A stretch of 64,000 nucleotides of DNA, from assembly GCA_044070495.1 (NCBI GenBank), contig JBIPSI010000018.1, positions 1 to 64,000 on the forward strand, written 5' to 3'. The position numbers were made by a program, and so were the translations under genes. Positions 1 through 8,347 of this stretch are shown piece by piece; the first letter of the stretch is position 1; each line of letters opens with the position of its first letter. Source of the DNA: Spirulina sp. (GTDB lineage Bacteria; Cyanobacteriota; Cyanobacteriia; Phormidesmidales; Phormidesmidaceae). Under the pieces are notes generated by a model. It was not told the DNA's origin. It was given only the letters and a program-made list of their open reading frames with translations, and ran no database searches.

Positions 1-7
1 TCCCTAA

Positions 8-138
8 GAGGGCGTTTGAAAAGGGTTGCCTCAGGTGCGATTGGTCGCTAGATCGGTGCAAATCTACGGGATTTTTGACGACTGAGGCTGACCTCATCGG
101 TATAACTTGGGACAAGCTTCGGCTTTTCAAACGTCCTC
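8..138. mobile_element. 131-bp MITE with 16-bp TIRs and TAA target duplication (IS5/IS1031-like ends)
   Basis: GAGGGCGTTTGAAAAG (8-23) vs CTTTTCAAACGTCCTC (123-138), 15/16 inverted match; TAA at 5-7 and 139-141; no transposase inside. Confidence 0.8.
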
Positions 139-144
139 TAAGCC

Positions 145-738
145 CTAATCCAAATCCCGCCGCCCTTCTAGCGCCCTGGCCAGGGTGACTTCATCGGCAT
201 ATTCCAGGTCGCCGCCCATGGGCAAACCAAAGGCAATCCGGGTGACGCGGGTAAAGGGTTTGAGTAATTGACCCACATAAAGCGTTGTTGTATCGCCTTC
301 AATGCTGGGGCTGATGGCCATGATCACCTCTTTAATGCCCTCTTTGTTGACCCGATGCACCAGGGGGCCAATGTTGAGCTGTTCTGGGCCAATGCCATCC
401 ATGGGGGAAATCAACCCGCCAAGGACGTGGTACTTGCCTCGGTACTCGCGGGTCTTTTCAATGGCGATCACATCCCGCGAATCGGCCACCACGCAGAGGG
501 TTTGCTGATCGCGGCTGGGGGCACGGCAAATGTCGCACACCGGATCCGCCGACAGGTGAAAACACACCGAACACTGCCCCACCTGAGCCTTGGCATCCAA
601 CAATGCCTGGGCCAAGGCCTGCACCTCCACCTGGGGCCGCTTGAGGATGTGCAACGCTAGTCGCTGCGCCGACTTGGGGCCAACGCCGGGGAGTCGCTGA
701 AGTTCTTCAATCAATCGGGCTAGGGGACGGGTGTAGAT
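145..738 (-). CDS. recR: Recombination mediator RecR (start placed at ATC 738; ORF track extends it to 990)
   Basis: [27 protein letters not shown]hH motif, C4 zinc finger CSVC...CDIC, TOPRIM region, C-terminal [18 protein letters not shown]. Confidence 0.95.
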   Translation of the reverse strand: MYTRPLARLIEELQRLPGVGPKSAQRLALHILKRPQVEVQALAQALLDAKAQVGQCSVCFHLSADPVCDICRAPSRDQQTLCVVADSRDVIAIEKTREYRGKYHVLGGLISPMDGIGPEQLNIGPLVHRVNKEGIKEVIMAISPSIEGDTTTLYVGQLLKPFTRVTRIAFGLPMGGDLEYADEVTLARALEGRRDLD

Positions 739-770
739 GGCGGGGCTCCTTTGGGGTGATGGGGGATTGG

Positions 771-808
771 GTTGCAGGTGGCGGGTTGCAGGTTGCAGGT
801 TGCAGGTG
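771..808. repeat. Heptamer tandem repeat (GTTGCAG)n, STRR-like
   Basis: GTTGCAG GTGGCGG GTTGCAG GTTGCAG GTTGCAG. Confidence 0.8.
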
Positions 809-1045
809 ATGAGTGGGGTGTAACGAGGGTTATTGTATCGCTTGGGTGGGGGCTGGGTGGCAGGATTTCGGGGATCGAGCGACGACCGTGGGCCATGGCG
901 GCGGGGATCTGGCCTGGGCGATAATGGAAGCATTGAAAATAGAGCGGCCCAGCGGTATGCATCCACCCACGAGCCAGCCCACTCCGGCATGGCGGGTCGC
1001 TCGAAATCAAGCCATTGGGCCTGCTGTTATGGGGTGAGGTTTGCC

Positions 1046-4030
1046 ATGGTCAGTTCGTTGCACCCGGTTTCTGCGCCGTCGTGGTATGGCCAGGATGGGG
1101 ATCGGGTGTTGGCCAACTTCCACAGTTCTGCGGCGGGGCTGTCTACGGAGACCGCCGAGGAAGCCCTGCAATGCCATGGCCCCAATGTTTTGCCGGAGGT
1201 GCCGCCCCGTTCCCAGTGGGCGATTTGGGTGGCCCAGTTTCGGTCTCTGCCCGTGGCCCTGCTGACGGTGGCGGCGGCGATTGCCTATTTCACGGGTGGC
1301 CCCACCGATGCCCTGGTGATTTTGGGGGTGGTGCTGATCAACGGCGTGATTGGCTATGCCACAGAAAGCCAGTCCGACCGCATCATTCGCTCCCTCGATC
1401 ATCTCTCTTCGCCCACGGCCTGGGTACGGCGCAATGGGGAACGGGTGGAACTGGAGGTCGCCGCCGTGGTGCCGGGGGATATTCTGGTACTGCGGCCCGG
1501 TTCGATGGTGGTGGCGGATGGGCGGCTCATCGAAGCCCAGTCCCTCAGTGTGGATGAATCGGCCCTGACCGGGGAAAGTTTGCCCGTGGGCAAGGCCATT
1601 GATCCGTTGCCTCTGCCGAACCTCCCCCTGGCCGACCGCACCAACATGGTCTATCGCGGCACCTTGGTGACCGGGGGTCAGGGGTTGGCGGTGGTGGTGG
1701 CCACGGGGGCAACCACGGAAATGGGCCAAATTCAAGCCTTGGTGGGGCAATCCAGCCATCCCCCAACGCCCATGGAGCAACAGCTTGACCGGGCTGGCAG
1801 TCAGCTCGTGTGGATTTCCAGCGCCGTTTGTGCGGTGGTGTTTGGGCTGGGCCTGTGGCGGGGCTATGCACCCTTGGAAATGCTGACCACGGCGGTGGCC
1901 CTGGCGGTGGCGGCGGTGCCGGAGGGCTTGCCAGCGGTGGCGACGACAACCCTGGCCCTAGGCATTTTGGCTATGCGACGCCAGCGGGTGCTGATTCGGC
2001 GACTGGATGCGGTGGAAACCCTGGGTTCCCTGCAAACCCTGTGCCTTGATAAAACCGGAACCCTCACCGCCAACCGCATGGCCGTGGTGGAAATACACAC
2101 CGATCACACCCACCTCACCCTGGCCGATGGCGCGTCCCCGTTGCCGGAGGGGATTCCCCCTGGGCCGCTGCATACGCTGTTGCGGATGGTCGTCCTCTGC
2201 AATGAAAGTAAGGTGGCCGATCCCAAGGAGACGGATCCCCAGCCAGATCCCGATTCCAAGCCTGAATCCAACTCGTTTGCCCTCGGTATCAGCGGGCGCG
2301 GAGACCTCTACCCTACGGTGGGTCGGCCTGGGAATCCTAAGCCTCAGCCCACCTTCACCGGATCGTCTACGGAAAACGCCCTGCTAGCGGTGGCCCACCA
2401 GGCGGGGATCGACATTCCTGCCCTGCGCCAAACCTATCCCCAGTTGGCGATTCAGCATCGATCCGCCCAGCGCAATGTGATGGCGACCCTGCATACCACC
2501 CCCACAGGTAACTGGCTGGTAGCCGTGAAGGGCAGTCCCCTAGAATTGCTGGCTCAGTGTGAGGTGATGCTAGATAGCCCCAACGCCCCTGGCTTGACGG
2601 CTGATGTCTTGACGGCTGATCGGTCGCTGGACATCCCTGTGACTCAAGACACAGACGACGATTGGACAAGGGAAGCCACGACCCACTGGCTCCCCAATTT
2701 AGCGGATCCCATTGCCATTACCCCCGACCAGCGGCAGGCGATTGTGGCCGAAAATGAACGCATGGCCCAGGCGGGGCTGCGGGTGTTGGGGGTGGCCTAT
2801 GGCTATCCATCAAAGCAGGACAACCTACAAAAGGAGACTCCGCATCAGGACAGTCTCAAGGACAACTGGACGGAAACGCCCCTGGTGTGGCTGGGCCTGG
2901 TGGCCATGGCCGATCCCCTGCGTCCCGGCGTTACGGAAACTATTGCCGCTTTTCACCGGGCCGGGATAGATACGGTGATGGTAACGGGGGATCAACGGGC
3001 TACCGCCGCCGCCCTGGGCCAAGCCCTCAACCTCAGTCAGGGAGAACCCCTAGCGGTGTTAGAGTCCGCCGACCTGATGGCCCTTTCCCCAACGGAAGCC
3101 CAGGGCCAAAGTCAGGGGGTGCAGGTGTTTGCCCGCATCAGTCCGGCGGATAAGCTTCAGGTGGTGCAGGCGCTTCAGCGGTCGGGTAAGGTCGTGGCGA
3201 TGACTGGGGATGGCATCAACGACACCCCCGCCCTAAAGGTGGCTGAGGTGGGTATTGCCATGGGCCATAGCGGCACCGATGCGGCGCGGGAAGTGGCGGA
3301 CGTAATTTTGCAGGACGACAACCTCGATACCCTGATCGAGGCCATTGCCCAGGGCCGCACTATCTACAACAATATCCGCAAGGCGGTTCACTTTTTGTTA
3401 GCGACGAATCTCAGCGAAATTATGGTGATGTTTGCGGGCATTAGCCTGGGTCTGGGGGCACCGCTCAACGCCCTGCAACTGCTGTGGCTGAATTTGGTGA
3501 CGGACATTTTCCCTGGCCTCGCCCTCGCCCTAGAACCCCCTACCCCGGAGGTGTTGACCCAGCCCCCCCGCCCCACCACAGAAACGCTGATCAAGCCCGC
3601 CGCCTTCCGGCGCATGGTATGGGAAGCGGCGGTGATCTCCGCTAGCGCCCTAGGGGCCTACGGTTACGCTATCCACGCCTACGGCATTGGTGCCCAGGCC
3701 AGCACCGTGGGCTTCATGGCTCTCACCCTGGCCCAGTTGCTCCATGCCCTGGTGTGCCGTTCCCGCCAGCGACATCTGTTTCGCCGCCCGGCCCTGGCCC
3801 CCAACCGTTATTTAGGTTTTGCGCTGATACTCTCCATCACCCTTCAGTTTTTGGCGCTGTTTATTCAACCCCTCGGCCAGTTGTTGCATATTGTGTCCCT
3901 CTGCCCCGTGGATGCGGTGGTCGTCACCCTGGCGGCCCTATTGCCCGTGGTGATTAACGAAACCACGAAAAATTGGGATTCCCCAAGCCCCTCGGTCGTC
4001 GTCAATGAGGATGGATTGCCCTCCGTGTAG
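1046..4030 (+). CDS. Cation-transporting P-type ATPase (type II, PacL/Ca2+-like)
   Basis: TGES, PEGL, DKTGTLT phosphorylation motif, MTGDGIND, C-terminal TM bundle; ATG at 1046 preferred. Confidence 0.92.
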   Translation: MVSSLHPVSAPSWYGQDGDRVLANFHSSAAGLSTETAEEALQCHGPNVLPEVPPRSQWAIWVAQFRSLPVALLTVAAAIAYFTGGPTDALVILGVVLINGVIGYATESQSDRIIRSLDHLSSPTAWVRRNGERVELEVAAVVPGDILVLRPGSMVVADGRLIEAQSLSVDESALTGESLPVGKAIDPLPLPNLPLADRTNMVYRGTLVTGGQGLAVVVATGATTEMGQIQALVGQSSHPPTPMEQQLDRAGSQLVWISSAVCAVVFGLGLWRGYAPLEMLTTAVALAVAAVPEGLPAVATTTLALGILAMRRQRVLIRRLDAVETLGSLQTLCLDKTGTLTANRMAVVEIHTDHTHLTLADGASPLPEGIPPGPLHTLLRMVVLCNESKVADPKETDPQPDPDSKPESNSFALGISGRGDLYPTVGRPGNPKPQPTFTGSSTENALLAVAHQAGIDIPALRQTYPQLAIQHRSAQRNVMATLHTTPTGNWLVAVKGSPLELLAQCEVMLDSPNAPGLTADVLTADRSLDIPVTQDTDDDWTREATTHWLPNLADPIAITPDQRQAIVAENERMAQAGLRVLGVAYGYPSKQDNLQKETPHQDSLKDNWTETPLVWLGLVAMADPLRPGVTETIAAFHRAGIDTVMVTGDQRATAAALGQALNLSQGEPLAVLESADLMALSPTEAQGQSQGVQVFARISPADKLQVVQALQRSGKVVAMTGDGINDTPALKVAEVGIAMGHSGTDAAREVADVILQDDNLDTLIEAIAQGRTIYNNIRKAVHFLLATNLSEIMVMFAGISLGLGAPLNALQLLWLNLVTDIFPGLALALEPPTPEVLTQPPRPTTETLIKPAAFRRMVWEAAVISASALGAYGYAIHAYGIGAQASTVGFMALTLAQLLHALVCRSRQRHLFRRPALAPNRYLGFALILSITLQFLALFIQPLGQLLHIVSLCPVDAVVVTLAALLPVVINETTKNWDSPSPSVVVNEDGLPSV

Positions 4031-4062
4031 GCTGACCCTTCATTGAATCATGGGGCAACCTC

Positions 4063-4206
4063 AAGGGCGAAAGACTCTCAAGGACAAGGAAACCTCAAGA
4101 ACAAGAAGCCCCCAAGGGCGAGGAGACCCCAAGGGCGAGGAGACCTCAAGGGCGAGGAAACCTCAAGGGCGAGGAGACCTCAAGGGCGAGGAGACCTCGC
4201 CCCTAC
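4063..4206. repeat. 8 x 17-bp minisatellite (AAGGGCGAGGAGACCTC) ending in a complete REP
   Basis: Units start at 4063, 4080, 4097, 4114, 4131, 4148, 4165, 4182; the last continues GCCCCTAC. Confidence 0.9.
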
Positions 4207-4227
4207 CGGATAATCGGGTTCACTGAT

Positions 4228-5724
4228 TTAGCGGTGGATGCGCTGGGTTAGCCAGGTTTTCATTTGATCGGTGAGCTGGGCGAGAATTTGGCGGGGAGAC
4301 TCATGGATCTCCGGTGATGGCCCCTGTTGCAGGCTGGCGGCAACGAACAACTCCTGCAACGCGATGGGCCGATGGTGGTGGCGCTGTTGGGCTTCCTCGA
4401 TCCAGCGTTGGTAGGTACGGGCTTCCTGGGGGGAGAGCAGTCCGCTGGCATGACGGTGTTGGCGCTCCCAGCGCAGCGCAGCCATCAGCAGTTGGGTGTG
4501 GAGGCGGTGGTAGTCGGCCTCGTGGCGCAGAATTTGCACCAGTTGCCGTCCGGCGTTGGTGTTAGCGAGGGGCGCTTTCACCCCACGCAGATCTACCCAG
4601 GGCATTCCCTGGAGCGGTTCGGGCAGGTGGTTGGCATCCACGGTGGACAGCAACACCGGCACAATGCGCTTGTTCATGCTGAGGGCGAACAGTAACCCTT
4701 GCAAACAGGCGGCATGGCCGAGGGCATTGGGCGACAGCAAGATCACGTAGTTGTCGCAGGCTTCGGTGGCGCGGGAGAGGGCGATTTCCAGATTGGCCTC
4801 AGGGGGGCAGTCAACGTGGGGATCCCAGAGCGAAAAACCCTCGGCTTGCATCAACTCTCGCAGGGCCTCTACGCTGGGGGGGCCACCGGGGCTGAGGGGC
4901 ATCTCCCGATCCCCGTCGGCAGAGGCCAGCAGCACCGTCACAATGGCATCGTCGTCGCGCTGGGTGCTGGCCACAATTAAGTCCCGCTGGAGGGGAGTGG
5001 GCTGGCAGGTCGGTCGGGGCTGTTTGGCGAGGGCGCTCAACCATTGGGTGGCCTGGGGGAGATCTGTCTCCGTGAGCAAATGCTCGGCGGCATAGGCCTG
5101 GCTGGCCCAGTGCAAGGCATTCACCAAGAGGCGACTGTGCTGATGAATAATATCCTCCTGATCCCGCAATGCCTCAATCAGGTGAAGCACAGACAGGGGG
5201 GTGGTGTCTCCCTCCACCTGCACCCCAATCTCGATGAGCCAGGGGGGAGTTGCGGTGTAGCTATTGCCCTCCAGCAGGGTCTCTAGGGTCTGCAACGCCT
5301 GGATTTGCTCACTCTCTCGATCCGCCCAATCCTCGACTCCATCCGGCAAATTAACGGAACTAGCCGAGTCCGGCCAAGGGGGCAGGGCAGGGGCAACCTC
5401 AGCTAGTTCCTCATCCTCGGCTAGGGGGGCTACTGGGCTAAGGGGATGGATCAAAAAAAGGCGCTTATGGTAGGTTACGGCCTGCTCAATCATGGCCCTA
5501 ACATCATTGGGGTAGGCGGTAGGCGTCGCCACAATGAGCACATTATGGGCATGGCTGACCACCGCATCAATGGCGTTGGGGGTGTCGTTCTGGGGTAGGG
5601 TCACCAACTGCCAAGCTTGAAAACCGTATCGTTTTAACCATTGGTTAAGTTGATCGGCATAGGATTGCTGGCTGGGATGGCCAATTAAAATCAAGGCATC
5701 ATAGAACGAAAGCAAAGCCTGCAC
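4228..5724 (-). CDS. Tandem TIR-like domain protein
   Basis: Two TIR_2-like segments (e.g. ATEACDNYVILLSPNAL...KRIVPVLL...LQGMPWVDL), each followed by an H..LL..AL.W helical motif. Confidence 0.7.
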   Translation of the reverse strand: MQALLSFYDALILIGHPSQQSYADQLNQWLKRYGFQAWQLVTLPQNDTPNAIDAVVSHAHNVLIVATPTAYPNDVRAMIEQAVTYHKRLFLIHPLSPVAPLAEDEELAEVAPALPPWPDSASSVNLPDGVEDWADRESEQIQALQTLETLLEGNSYTATPPWLIEIGVQVEGDTTPLSVLHLIEALRDQEDIIHQHSRLLVNALHWASQAYAAEHLLTETDLPQATQWLSALAKQPRPTCQPTPLQRDLIVASTQRDDDAIVTVLLASADGDREMPLSPGGPPSVEALRELMQAEGFSLWDPHVDCPPEANLEIALSRATEACDNYVILLSPNALGHAACLQGLLFALSMNKRIVPVLLSTVDANHLPEPLQGMPWVDLRGVKAPLANTNAGRQLVQILRHEADYHRLHTQLLMAALRWERQHRHASGLLSPQEARTYQRWIEEAQQRHHHRPIALQELFVAASLQQGPSPEIHESPRQILAQLTDQMKTWLTQRIHR

Positions 5725-6009
5725 CTACTCTGTGATGTACACCCTGATCGAGGCTGGATGGCGCTACGCTAAGGCCATGCCCCTAAGATTGGCGACAAAG
5801 CCGAAACGTCGCGGCCCATGGTCTCCAACGATGCTTCAACTATCTTGCCCTGATCATACCTAGGCTGGGTTCCTTCGATCATCCGTTGATTTCAATTTTG
5901 CGGATAGATCGGCTGATACAGATTTCCCTGAAATTGCCCTAAATTTCCCTGAGTTCTTGCCCCGATCTTCCCCCATGGCCTCCCTGCCCTTGAGATTTTG
6001 AGGATTCCT

Positions 6010-7143
6010 ATGGCCCGATTGACTCGACCGAGCCTGACGCTATCGTCCCTTGTCCTCGGACTTCTGGGCCTAGGGCTGCTGGGCGCTACCCTAAAACCAT
6101 GGACAAGGGTTGCTCCTGCCGCAACCGCCACAATGGTAAAGTCCATGGGTCCCTCTTTTCTCAATATCGCTAGCCCCATGCCGCGCCCACTGCTGTTTGA
6201 CCAGGTTTCTGACTTTGCCGAAGGGGTGGCCATGGTGCAGATCGGTTCCCGCCTAGGCTACCTCGATACCAGCGGCCATCTACGCATCACGGTGGAGGAT
6301 CTCGCCGTGACCGTGGCCGCCCAGTATGCCGAGTCCTTGGCCTTGGCGCGGGCGGGCGACTACTACGGCTACCTCAACCACCAGGGCGAATGGGCGATTC
6401 CGGTGCAGTTTCGGCAGGCCAAGGCCTTTTCCCAGGGCCTCGCAGCGGTGCAGGGGGGCACGAAATACGGCTTTATCAACCTGCTGGGCGACTGGGTGAT
6501 TGAACCCCAGTTTGACCTCGCCGATTCCTTTGCCGAGGATCGGGCGGTAGTGAAGGTGGAGGATCGCTACGGCTATATCAACCCCCAGGGAAAGGTGGTC
6601 ATCCCCCTTGAATTAAAAGATGCCTGGCGCTTCGCCGAGGGTCTGGCCGTTGCCAAGCAGGACGATCAGTACGGCTACATGAATCCCGCTGGCGTCATGG
6701 TGATTGCCGCCGCCTACGATGGGGCCTTCCACTTCTCGGAGGGGTTGGCCCGCGTGCGCCAGGGCCGTTTCTTTGGCTATATCAACCGCCAAGGAAACTG
6801 GGTGATTGAACCCACCCTCGCCTTTGCCGCCGAGTTTGCCGATGGACGGGCCGCTGTCCTCTCCGGGGACAAATGGGGCTACCTCGATGCCGAAGGTCGC
6901 TTGGCCATCCCCCCCCGGTTTGACTACGCCGCCAACTTCTCCGAGGGGCTGGCTGCCGTTCAGGTCGATGGCCGCTACGGCTACATCAACCCCCAGGGCG
7001 ACTGGGTGGTAGAACCCACCTACAGCAACGCTGGCCCCTTTTCTGAAGGGTGGGCCAGGGTGCAGATCAGCGGTTCCTGGGGCTTTATTGACCCCAGCGG
7101 TCAGCCCATGCTGGAGACCGACTTCCACCCCTTTGACCTGTAG
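6010..7143 (+). CDS. WG-repeat (WG_beta_rep) exported protein
   Basis: Hydrophobic N-terminus; repeated FSEGLA.V....YGYIN..G.WVI units. Confidence 0.88.
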   Translation: MARLTRPSLTLSSLVLGLLGLGLLGATLKPWTRVAPAATATMVKSMGPSFLNIASPMPRPLLFDQVSDFAEGVAMVQIGSRLGYLDTSGHLRITVEDLAVTVAAQYAESLALARAGDYYGYLNHQGEWAIPVQFRQAKAFSQGLAAVQGGTKYGFINLLGDWVIEPQFDLADSFAEDRAVVKVEDRYGYINPQGKVVIPLELKDAWRFAEGLAVAKQDDQYGYMNPAGVMVIAAAYDGAFHFSEGLARVRQGRFFGYINRQGNWVIEPTLAFAAEFADGRAAVLSGDKWGYLDAEGRLAIPPRFDYAANFSEGLAAVQVDGRYGYINPQGDWVVEPTYSNAGPFSEGWARVQISGSWGFIDPSGQPMLETDFHPFDL

Positions 7144-7365
7144 TCCAAACGGTCATCCAAAATCCCCATGGATTATCCCCGGTTAACACGGGCAGGAAAA
7201 CCGCGCCCCGACGATGCCTCAGACCTTGACAATCCGTAAAAAAACGTAATGAAAAGGGTTCTCAGATCAGTCTAAGTTAACAATTACGGTGATTTAATAA
7301 TCCGGGCTTTGCCCCATCGAATGCTGTTTTCCCGTTAGACCTAGACCTAGAGCGAGACCTTTAGC

Positions 7366-8079
7366 ATGAGTAACCTATCAACCGAACTGCGCGAAGGCAC
7401 CAAAAAAGCCCATACCATGGCCGAAAACATGGGGTTTGTGCGCTGCTTTTTGCGGGGTGTCGTTGAGAAAAATTCCTACCGTAAACTGGTGGCCAACTTC
7501 TACTACGCCTACGCGGCCATGGAGGAAGAACTGGAGCGCCACAAGGATCATCCCGTCGTCTCGACTATTTACTTCCCGGAACTGCACCGCAAGGCATCCC
7601 TAGAGTCCGATCTCGCCTATTACTATGGCCCCAACTGGCGCGATCAAATTGCCATGACCCCCGGCGGTCAGGCCTACGTCAACCGCATTCGTGAGGTGGG
7701 CAACACCCAGCCGGAACTGCTGGTCAGCCATTCCTACACCCGCTACATCGGCGACCTGTCTGGGGGGCAAATCCTCAAGGGCATCGCCCAGCGGGCCATG
7801 AACCTAAACGATGGCGAGGGCACCGCTTTTTACGAATTCCCTGACATTGCCGACGAAAAAGCCTTCAAGGCCAAGTACCGCGAATCCATGGATTCGGCCC
7901 CGGTGGATGAGACCATGGTTGCCGCCATCGTGGAAGAGGCCAACGACGCCTTTGGCATGAACATGGAAATGTTCAAAGAGCTAGAAGGCAACCTGATCAA
8001 GGCCATCGGTCAAATGTTGTTCAATAGCCTCACCAGCCGCAAGCGCCGGGGCAGCACCGAACTGGTCACCGCCGAATAA
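7366..8079 (+). CDS. ho1: Ferredoxin-dependent heme oxygenase
   Basis: LREGTKKAHTMAEN, HSYTRYIGDLSGGQILK. Confidence 0.92.
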   Translation: MSNLSTELREGTKKAHTMAENMGFVRCFLRGVVEKNSYRKLVANFYYAYAAMEEELERHKDHPVVSTIYFPELHRKASLESDLAYYYGPNWRDQIAMTPGGQAYVNRIREVGNTQPELLVSHSYTRYIGDLSGGQILKGIAQRAMNLNDGEGTAFYEFPDIADEKAFKAKYRESMDSAPVDETMVAAIVEEANDAFGMNMEMFKELEGNLIKAIGQMLFNSLTSRKRRGSTELVTAE

Positions 8080-8347
8080 CAACCTCCGTGGGTGGGGTGG
8101 CCCTAGTAATCCGTTCTTCGCTCTGCCTCCTCTACAAAACACCGCTGGTCTCTGGGGCCTGCCTTTCTTAATCCTGAGTGGATCGGTTTTTGGGATCGCC
8201 AAAACAAGGTCTGAACAGGAAGATTGGTTTCCCAAAAGATCGGCGGTGGTTTTGTTTGTGGCTAAGAAATTCTAATTTTCCCGGTTCCACTCCTAGAGTT
8301 CTCGATAGAGTGAAAGAGGTGTTGGATGTAGGAGCACAAAGAGGGCC

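Noticed and set aside
833..1045. Long N-terminal extensions from the ORF track (ATPase from 833, recR from 990, secA from 12857, membrane protein from 53333)
   Set aside because: They overlap divergent genes, repeats or leader DNA and precede the conserved family N-termini
4063..4206. 17-bp array as CRISPR or replication iterons
   Set aside because: No spacers, no rep gene; the unit derives from a REP
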